Shown here piece by piece: positions 1 to 6,260 of a stretch of 64,000 nucleotides of DNA. Both the position numbers and the translations under genes were made by a program. Origin of the DNA: Candidatus Omnitrophota bacterium (GTDB lineage Bacteria; Omnitrophota; Gorgyraeia; Gygaellales; Profunditerraquicolaceae); assembly GCA_016867115.1 (NCBI GenBank), contig VGKG01000004.1, forward strand, positions 6,536 to 70,535, given 5' to 3'. Under the pieces are notes generated by a model, which had not been told where the DNA came from, searched no databases, and worked only from the letters and a program-made list of their open reading frames with translations. Position 1 is the first letter of the stretch, and the number at the start of each line of letters is the position of its first letter.

Positions 1-477
1 CTCGCGCTCTTTAAGCGAAAGGATCTCGGCGCGGATGAGCCGGGCTGTGCCCATCCAACTGGTCAGGCCGATGATGATCATGATGTTAAAGATCGAAGGC
101 CCCAGGATCGCAGTCACGGCCAGGATCAGATAAAATGTCGGAAAACAGAGCATGATATCCACGAAACGCATAATCAGGGAATCGATCAGCCCGCCGTAGA
201 AACCCGAGACCGCCCCGAAGACTAACCCTATCGCCACCGAAATCCCCACCGCGATGAGGCCGATGCTTAACGAGATCCTGGCGCCATAGATGATACGGCT
301 TAAGAGATCGCGGCCAAGGCCGTCAGTCCCCAATAAATGTCTGGCTGAAGGCGGCATAAGCAGGCCGGCCTGGTCTATACTGGAGGGATCATACGGGCTG
401 ACCAACGGAGCGGCGATAGCCAGAAGCGAAAAGATTCCGATAATTAAGCAACCAAAAAGCAGTCTTTTACTTCCCAC
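1..477 (-). CDS. oppC: Oligopeptide/dipeptide ABC transporter permease OppC/DppC (runs off the window at its 3' end)
   Basis: Not in the ORF track; hand-translated from GTG at 477 (AGGGAG upstream): MGSKRLLFGCLIIG...HLLGTDGLGRDLLSRIIYGARISLSIG...MRFVDIMLCFP...WMGTARLIRAEILSLKERE, a typical OppC signature. Confidence 0.9.
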   Translation of the reverse strand, partial: MGSKRLLFGCLIIGIFSLLAIAAPLVSPYDPSSIDQAGLLMPPSARHLLGTDGLGRDLLSRIIYGARISLSIGLIAVGISVAIGLVFGAVSGFYGGLIDSLIMRFVDIMLCFPTFYLILAVTAILGPSIFNIMIIIGLTSWMGTARLIRAEILSLKERE

Positions 478-492
478 GTTTCTCCCTACATG

Positions 493-518
493 CTAACTAC
501 TATCTACTAACTACTATC
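493..518. repeat. 7-bp-period tandem array at the oppB/oppC junction
   Basis: CTAACTA-CTATCTA-CTAACTA-CTATC; the last unit overlaps the oppB stop codon. Confidence 0.85.
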
Positions 519-1491
519 GTTTCCCGTACCTGATTCTCGGGTCGACATAGGCATAGGCGATATCGGCGATGAGGTTGCCCAGCATGGTCAGGATCGCCAC
601 CAGCACCACCTCGGCCATGATCAGGTTCAAATCGCGCATCGTCGCCGCCTCGTAAAAAAGCCTGCCGATTCCCGGAATGGCAAAAATCGATTCAAAGATG
701 ATGCTGCCGCCAAGGAGCCCGGGAATAGAAAGCCCGATGATGGTCACGATCGGCAGGACAGCGTTACGCAGCGCGTGTTTATAGATCACCGTGGCCTCGC
801 TTAATCCCTTTGCCCGGGCAGTATAAATGTAGGGCTGATTCATGGCTTCGATCATGTTCGAACGCATGTAGCGCGATACTCCCGCAAAACCCCCGAGGCT
901 TGAGACCAGGACCGGCAGGAACATGTGCCTGCCCAGGTCCCAGAGCTTCTTCCACCAGGGAAAATATTCGAAATCAAGCGAGGCAATCCCTGAGATAGGA
1001 AGTAAGCCTAAATTAATGCAGAATAACTGCATCAGGAGCAGGGCAAGCCAGAAGGTGGGTGCTGCAAATAAAAGGAACATAGTTAAGGCGGATGCGTTGT
1101 CAAAGAAAGTCCCTTCTTTTAAGGCGCACTTTATTCCCCAGGGAAGGGCGATGGCAAAGATAAACAACAGGGAAAGGATGTTGATGGCCAGGGTCACCGG
1201 AAGGCGCTCGATTATCTTTTCCGTCACCGGCCTGCCGTCGCTGAAAGAGCGCCCGAAATTGAAGCGCGAGAGGTTCTTCAGCCAGTTGAGGTACTGGATG
1301 TGCAGGGGTTTATCAAAACCCTCTAATTTTTCCAGCCGCCTGATCTCCTCCAGGGAGATCTTGGGGTTAAGCGAATATTGCAGCATTACCGGCTTTCCCG
1401 GCGCAAGCTTGATCACCAGGAAGCTTAAGACGGTTATCCCCAGAAGCATCGGGATTATCCCCAGTAATCTGCGTACAATATAGGTTAGCAT
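514..1491 (-). CDS. oppB: Oligopeptide ABC transporter permease OppB/DppB
   Basis: N-terminal YIVRRLL, FGRSF, EAA-loop YIYTARAKGLSE...KHALRNA, C-terminal DPRIR. Confidence 0.93.
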   Translation of the reverse strand: MLTYIVRRLLGIIPMLLGITVLSFLVIKLAPGKPVMLQYSLNPKISLEEIRRLEKLEGFDKPLHIQYLNWLKNLSRFNFGRSFSDGRPVTEKIIERLPVTLAINILSLLFIFAIALPWGIKCALKEGTFFDNASALTMFLLFAAPTFWLALLLMQLFCINLGLLPISGIASLDFEYFPWWKKLWDLGRHMFLPVLVSSLGGFAGVSRYMRSNMIEAMNQPYIYTARAKGLSEATVIYKHALRNAVLPIVTIIGLSIPGLLGGSIIFESIFAIPGIGRLFYEAATMRDLNLIMAEVVLVAILTMLGNLIADIAYAYVDPRIRYGKR

Positions 1492-1497
1492 TTGCTT

Positions 1498-3174
1498 TTA
1501 ATTTGAAATTTTAAATTTGGAATTTGGATTTACCACTTTATATTTTTGTTCAGCTAAGGGCACCCACCAATCAATGAAGTTATAACCGATGCCGATGGGC
1601 GCCAGCCTGATCCCCTTAAAACGGCTGTGTAAAACAGAAAGTCCGTCCGGGACATAGATAAACATGTACGGCTGCTCCTCATAGAGTATCTCATGGATGC
1701 GCTGGTAGCAGGCCTTTCTCTTTTCGACATCGAAGTACCTGCGGCCTTCGGTAAGGAGCCTGTCCACTTCCTCGTTTTTATAGGTGACAAAGTTGAACTG
1801 GCCTTCGGCTGTCTTTGAAGAATGGAAGATATCGTAGTTATCCGGCTCGCGGGGAAGGGCCCAGCCCAGGAGCACGGCTTCGAAATTGCGCTTGTCGATG
1901 TTCTCGGTAAGAAATACGCTCCACTCAGAGACCCTAACGCTCACTTTTATGCCTATATCTTTAAGGCGGCGCTGGATGATCTGGGCAACTTTAAGCCGCT
2001 CTTCATTGCCCTGGTTGGTGATAATGGTGAACTCAAAAGCCTTGCCCTCTTTATCCAGCCAGCCATCGTTATCCGAATCGGCCCAGCCCGCCTCTTTCAG
2101 CAACTCTCTGGCTTTTTGGGGGTCAAAAGCCGCAGGCCCCACTTTCGGATTATAGGCCCAGGTGTCCGGCAGATATGGCCCGGTACAGACCCTGCCCAAT
2201 CCCAATAAAACAATACCGATGATCTCATTCTTGTCTACGGCGTAATTCAGGGCCTGGCGCACCCGTTTATCAGAAAACTTCGGGTCGCGCAGATTGTATC
2301 CTAAATAGGTATAGGCGAAACTGGGCAGCCGGAATTTCTGATAATATTTTTTAAAGAACGGTGTATCGGTCTGGCGGGTATACTGCAAAGGGGACAGGCC
2401 GGCCGAATCCACGCCCTGCGTCTGTAATTCCAGGAATATCGTCGATTCATCGGGGATGACCCGGTAGATATAGCGGTCGATGTAAGGCCGGTGTTCGAAA
2501 TAACCGTGATTCGAAACCAGCTCTATCTTCTCCTGTGTCCTCCAGGACTTGAACTTATAGGGGCCGGTCCCTATGGGATGGCGGGAGAACCTGGAGGTAT
2601 TCAAGTCCTCGCGCTCAAGAAGGTGCCTGGGAATCACCGACATCCCCCAGCTGCTTAAAGCCGGAGCAAAAGGCTCTTTATAAGTCACCTTGACCGTATA
2701 ATCATCGATCACCTCTAATGACTTTATCCGCTCAAAATCGCCTCCGTAGGGCGTCTTGACCTTGGGGTCGATAAGCTTCTGATAAGTGAACTCCACATCA
2801 TGCGCGCTAAAGCGGTGTCCGTCATGCCATAAGACATTCTTTCTTAAATGGAAGATGATCACCAGGTTATGATCCCTGATCTCCCAGCTCTCAGCCAGAT
2901 CGCCGATAAGATTGACGTCTTTATCGTATTTGACCAGGCCGTTAAAGATGAGGCCGGCGACTTCGCTTGAGGGGACATCCGAAGCCAAAAGCGGGATGAG
3001 GTTGCGGGCATCGCCGATAGAGGCGCTGACTATGGCGTCCCCGTAATCTTCGGCCAAGGCCGCGGCGGCGGATAAAAATAAAAAGACTGCCATTATGAGT
3101 AGCAGTCTTGACCTTGTGACCTTGTGACTTTGTGACCTGAAGACTATTGTTTTTCTTCTACTATGGCGTCTCAC
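1498..3174 (-). CDS. oppA: Peptide ABC transporter substrate-binding protein (family 5); start codon uncertain
   Basis: IFNGLVKYD, DLAESWE, WHDGHRFSAHDVEFT, PIGTGPYKF, RVRQALNYAVD motifs; directly upstream of oppB/oppC. Confidence 0.92.
   Translation of the reverse strand: MRRHSRRKTIVFRSQSHKVTRSRLLLIMAVFLFLSAAAALAEDYGDAIVSASIGDARNLIPLLASDVPSSEVAGLIFNGLVKYDKDVNLIGDLAESWEIRDHNLVIIFHLRKNVLWHDGHRFSAHDVEFTYQKLIDPKVKTPYGGDFERIKSLEVIDDYTVKVTYKEPFAPALSSWGMSVIPRHLLEREDLNTSRFSRHPIGTGPYKFKSWRTQEKIELVSNHGYFEHRPYIDRYIYRVIPDESTIFLELQTQGVDSAGLSPLQYTRQTDTPFFKKYYQKFRLPSFAYTYLGYNLRDPKFSDKRVRQALNYAVDKNEIIGIVLLGLGRVCTGPYLPDTWAYNPKVGPAAFDPQKARELLKEAGWADSDNDGWLDKEGKAFEFTIITNQGNEERLKVAQIIQRRLKDIGIKVSVRVSEWSVFLTENIDKRNFEAVLLGWALPREPDNYDIFHSSKTAEGQFNFVTYKNEEVDRLLTEGRRYFDVEKRKACYQRIHEILYEEQPYMFIYVPDGLSVLHSRFKGIRLAPIGIGYNFIDWWVPLAEQKYKVVNPNSKFKISN
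1500..1527. repeat. 7-bp-period tandem array at the oppA/oppB junction
   Basis: AATTTGA-AATTTTA-AATTTGG-AATTTGG; read as the low-complexity OppA tail NPNSKFKISN. Confidence 0.8.
3105..3144. repeat. 8-bp-period tandem array at the secG/oppA junction
   Basis: GTCTTGAC-CTTGTGAC-CTTGTGAC-TTTGTGAC-CTGAAGAC; read as RSQSHKVTRSR in the OppA N-terminal region. Confidence 0.85.
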
Positions 3175-3541
3175 CCTTTTGGGCTTCTGGTTTAGGTGCG
3201 GATTCTGCCTTGGGGGCCTCGGGCTTAGGAGCCTCTGCCTTTGGGGCTTCTGCCTTCGGCGCTTGCGTGGCTGCCGATGCAGCGGATTCCGGCGGCCTCT
3301 GGCGCATGAGGCTCTTGCTCTGCTTTATGGAAAGAAGCGCCAGGGATAAACAGGTGAAAAAGAAAATAATGGAGAGCACGGTGGTAAAACGCGTGAGGAA
3401 CACATTGGTCCTGGTGCCGAACATGGATTCGACTCCGGAGAAGCTCTCGACCAGGCCGCCGCCCCTTCCCCTCTGTATGAGCACCAGGATTATCAGCAAA
3501 ACACACACCAGTATATGCACTCCTATGACCAAAGCCATCAT
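3161..3541 (-). CDS. secG: Preprotein translocase subunit SecG with a Pro/Ala/Lys/Glu repeat tail
   Basis: Two TM segments with LVLIQRGRGGGL...FG...FLTRFT; tpiA-secG synteny; tail of APKAE-like repeats. Confidence 0.93.
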   Translation of the reverse strand: MMALVIGVHILVCVLLIILVLIQRGRGGGLVESFSGVESMFGTRTNVFLTRFTTVLSIIFFFTCLSLALLSIKQSKSLMRQRPPESAASAATQAPKAEAPKAEAPKPEAPKAESAPKPEAQKGETP

Positions 3542-4311
3542 TTGACTACCTCGCTTGCTTTCCTGATGATCTCGCTAAAGGAATCGGCCCTTAGACTTGC
3601 ACCCCCCACTAGCGCTCCGTCGATATCCGGCTGAGCTACCAGATCGAAGGCATTCTCCGGCTTTACGCTTCCGCCGTACTGGATGCGCAATTCGTCCGCC
3701 GTTTCTCTATTATACATCTTCGCCAGTAAATCGCGAATATATTTCTGCGCATCCTCGGCCTGTTCCTTTGTGGCGGTCTTTCCGGTCCCGATCGCCCATA
3801 CCGGTTCATAGGCGATCACCACACTGGTTACGTCATCGGCGCCTATATCTTTTAAGCCGTTCTGCACATGATCATCCAGCACTTTAAAGGTGAGCCCCTT
3901 TTCTCTCTCTGCCAGGGTCTCGCCCACGCACATGATCGGCAATAATCCGCAGGCCAGGGCTGCCTTTACCTTTTTATTCACCGTTTCGTTTGTTTCATGA
4001 AAATACTGCCTGCGTTCGGAATGCCCGACGATCACATATTTGCAGCCGGCATCAAGGAGCATGGAGCATGAGACCTCTCCGGTGAAAGCCCCTTCCTTTT
4101 CCCAGTAGACATCCTGGGCGCCGAGCTGTATTCCTGAATCGCCGATCACTTCCGAGACTTCGGCCAATGCGGTAAAAGGCGGGCATAAGACCACCTCGAC
4201 GCTTAACTCCTTTAATTTAAAGAGTTCGCGTTTGAGGCCATTGGCCAATTCGATCGCCTCTTTGATGGTCTTGTACATCTTCCAGTTTCCTGCGATTATG
4301 GTCTTACGCAT
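3538..4311 (-). CDS. tpiA: Triosephosphate isomerase
   Basis: AGNWKM, GHSERR, AYEPVWAIGTG, YGGSVKP, DGALVGGAS. Confidence 0.99.
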   Translation of the reverse strand: MRKTIIAGNWKMYKTIKEAIELANGLKRELFKLKELSVEVVLCPPFTALAEVSEVIGDSGIQLGAQDVYWEKEGAFTGEVSCSMLLDAGCKYVIVGHSERRQYFHETNETVNKKVKAALACGLLPIMCVGETLAEREKGLTFKVLDDHVQNGLKDIGADDVTSVVIAYEPVWAIGTGKTATKEQAEDAQKYIRDLLAKMYNRETADELRIQYGGSVKPENAFDLVAQPDIDGALVGGASLRADSFSEIIRKASEVVK

Positions 4312-4316
4312 AATTC

Positions 4317-4352
4317 GTTCTCTTGTTCTACAGTTCTATGGTTCTATGGTTA
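4317..4352. repeat. 8-bp-period array, left arm of the inverted pair around the four-helix-bundle gene
   Basis: GTTC at 4317, 4325, 4333, 4341 and GTTA at 4349: GTTCTCTT-GTTCTACA-GTTCTATG-GTTCTATG-GTTA. Confidence 0.9.
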
Positions 4353-4718
4353 TTTTAAAATCTGTTCCTGTATATTCTTAATTAAACCATTTATTAATTT
4401 GCTGGTTCTGGTTGCCTGATCATAGATCCTACTAAAATCTTCTTTATCGATCGTCTTCCTGTCTAGAATAACATAGAGATGGCTCTGTACTTCCGTAGCT
4501 GAGCCTCTGGCCATAGTATAGAACTGCTTACTATCCCTAAAAGCATACCTGCCGAAACCTTCGCTTATATTAGCCATCACTGACACAGCTGCTTTTTGAA
4601 TCTGATCCGCTAAACCAAAATCTCTAAAGTTCTTCTTGTCAGTTATGCCATATACTTCATTTACCAGTTTTCTTGCTTCCTGCCAGGCTATTAAATCTTC
4701 AAACTTTTCGATTTTCAT
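4350..4718 (-). CDS. Four-helix-bundle protein (23S rRNA-IVS protein / bAvd-like family)
   Basis: FEDLIAWQEAR...DFGLADQIQKAAVSVMANISEGFGR...FYTMARGSATEVQSHL...LINGLIK is the family pattern; clearly more AT-rich than pgk and tpiA. Confidence 0.93.
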   Translation of the reverse strand: MKIEKFEDLIAWQEARKLVNEVYGITDKKNFRDFGLADQIQKAAVSVMANISEGFGRYAFRDSKQFYTMARGSATEVQSHLYVILDRKTIDKEDFSRIYDQATRTSKLINGLIKNIQEQILK

Positions 4719-4731
4719 TTTTTAAGCTTTT

Positions 4732-4771
4732 GAACTTTAGAACCAACGAACTTTAGAACTATAGAACTATC
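4732..4771. repeat. 8-bp-period array, right arm, inverted relative to 4317-4352
   Basis: GAAC at 4732, 4740, 4748, 4756, 4764: GAACTTTA-GAACCAAC-GAACTTTA-GAACTATA-GAACTATC. Confidence 0.9.
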
Positions 4772-4773
4772 GA

Positions 4774-5955
4774 TTACTTTTCGGAAAGAGCCGCGATTCC
4801 TGGTAAGCTCTTTCCCTCAAGAAATTCTAAAGAAGCGCCGCCGCCGGTAGAGATATGCGTCATCTTATCTTCCAGTTTGAACTTGGCGACCGCTGCCGCG
4901 GTATCCCCGCCGCCGATGATCGTGGTTGCTTTCAATGTACTGATGAACTTGGCGACCTCAAGTGTCCCCGCGCTAAAGGCATCCATCTCAAAGATGCCGA
5001 GGGGTCCGTTCCAGACGATCGTCTTTGCGGACTTAAGCTTATCCTCAAAGAGCAGGATTGTCTTGGGCCCGATATCCACGGCGATCTTTCCCGCGGGGAC
5101 ATCCTCTCCTGAGATCTCAGCCGCGGCATTCGCATCAATATTATCCACTACCACGTTGTCTACGGGAAGGAGTATCTCCTTATTCAGGGACCCTGCCTTT
5201 TCGAGAATGGATTTAGCCAGGTCTAATTTATCCTTTTCAAGCTTGGAGTTGCCGATCTCTTTGCCCTTGGCCTTTAAAAAAGTATAGGCCATGCCGCCGC
5301 CGATCAGGATCGCATCGCACTCGGGAAGCAGATTCTCAATCACTCCGATCTTATCCGAGACCTTAGCGCCCCCTAAGATGACCATGAACGGCCGGCCGGG
5401 ATTCTGCACGGCATTCCCCAGGTACCGGATCTCTTTGTCCAGAAGAAAACCCGCCGCGGCTTTCAGGTAATGCGTAACTCCCTCGGTCGAGGCATGCGCG
5501 CGGTGGGCGGTGCCGAAGGCATCATTAATATAGACGTCGGCAAGCGAGGCAAGCTGCCTGGCGAAACCGGCGTCATTGGCCTCTTCTTCGGGGTGGAACC
5601 TTAAATTCTCAAGCAAAACCACCCTCTCTTTTGCGCCGTCTATCTCTTTCTTCACGCTGTCGCCTACGCAGTCATTGACGAACCTGACCGGCTCGCCGAT
5701 TAATTCCTGGAGCCTTGCGGCTACGGGCCTGAGGCTGTATTTCTCCACCACCTTGCCGTCCGGCCTGCCCAGATGGCTCATCAGGACCAGTTTCTTTGCT
5801 CCGCTCTGAAGGATGTATTTTATGGTCGGCAGGGTCGCCCGGATACGCGTATCATCGGTAATCTTAAGATCCGCGTCCTGCGGCACGTTAAAATCCGCCC
5901 GCACCAGCACCGTTTTACCCTTTAGATCCAGGTCCTTTAAGCTCATCTTCGCCAT
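4774..5955 (-). CDS. pgk: Phosphoglycerate kinase
   Basis: [59 protein letters not shown]; AAGGAGG RBS at 5960-5966. Confidence 0.99.
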   Translation of the reverse strand: MAKMSLKDLDLKGKTVLVRADFNVPQDADLKITDDTRIRATLPTIKYILQSGAKKLVLMSHLGRPDGKVVEKYSLRPVAARLQELIGEPVRFVNDCVGDSVKKEIDGAKERVVLLENLRFHPEEEANDAGFARQLASLADVYINDAFGTAHRAHASTEGVTHYLKAAAGFLLDKEIRYLGNAVQNPGRPFMVILGGAKVSDKIGVIENLLPECDAILIGGGMAYTFLKAKGKEIGNSKLEKDKLDLAKSILEKAGSLNKEILLPVDNVVVDNIDANAAAEISGEDVPAGKIAVDIGPKTILLFEDKLKSAKTIVWNGPLGIFEMDAFSAGTLEVAKFISTLKATTIIGGGDTAAAVAKFKLEDKMTHISTGGGASLEFLEGKSLPGIAALSEK

Positions 5956-5992
5956 GAGGCCTCCTTAAGTAACCCTGAAATTTGGAAGTCTT

Positions 5993-6021
5993 AATATATA
6001 CTAATCCCGCGGCTTTGTCAA
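5993..6021 (-). promoter_or_regulatory. Sigma70-type promoter for pgk-tpiA-secG-opp
   Basis: Minus strand TTGACA (6021-6016), 17-nt spacer, TATATT (5998-5993). Confidence 0.75.
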
Positions 6022-6032
6022 CCCTCTTTAAA

Positions 6033-6260
6033 TGAGCAGACACTTTACGGAGCGAGTGGAACGAGCGAACGTAAAGTGTAGCCCCTCAAGGGGCGTCTAG
6101 GCACCTTGCCCTATCGGATGGGCAAGTGCGCGCTTGCCGCGCGAATTTTTGAGCACAATAATCTTTTATCTAGCGAAATCCCGCGTAAGCGGGAACCCGG
6201 CAAATGCCAGCAAAATTTTCAAAGAAAATTTTGCGGCGTTTATGAGCCGGGACTACTAGC
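6033..6260. repeat. Cluster of palindromic hairpins (REP/MITE-like or structured RNA)
   Basis: Stems: ACACTTTACG/CGTAAAGTGT (6040-6079), GCCCC/GGGGC (6081-6094), CTTGCCC/GGGCAAG (6105-6126), TCCCGC-GTAA-GCGGGA (6179-6194), GCAAAATTTTC/GAAAATTTTGC (6210-6234) nested inside CCCGGC/GCCGGG (6196-6251). Confidence 0.7.

Noticed and set aside
4350-4718. Diversity-generating retroelement or 23S rRNA intervening sequence, suggested by the Avd/IVS-like protein
   Set aside because: No reverse transcriptase, no TR/VR repeat pair and no rRNA sequence seen in the window; the flanks are pgk and tpiA.
493-4771. CRISPR array
   Set aside because: Units are 7-8 bp, contiguous and without spacers; no cas genes.
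6033-6260. Known riboswitch, tRNA or SRP RNA in the hairpin cluster
   Set aside because: No cloverleaf or recognisable family consensus, and it lies upstream of the pgk promoter so it is not in that leader; kept only as an unclassified element.
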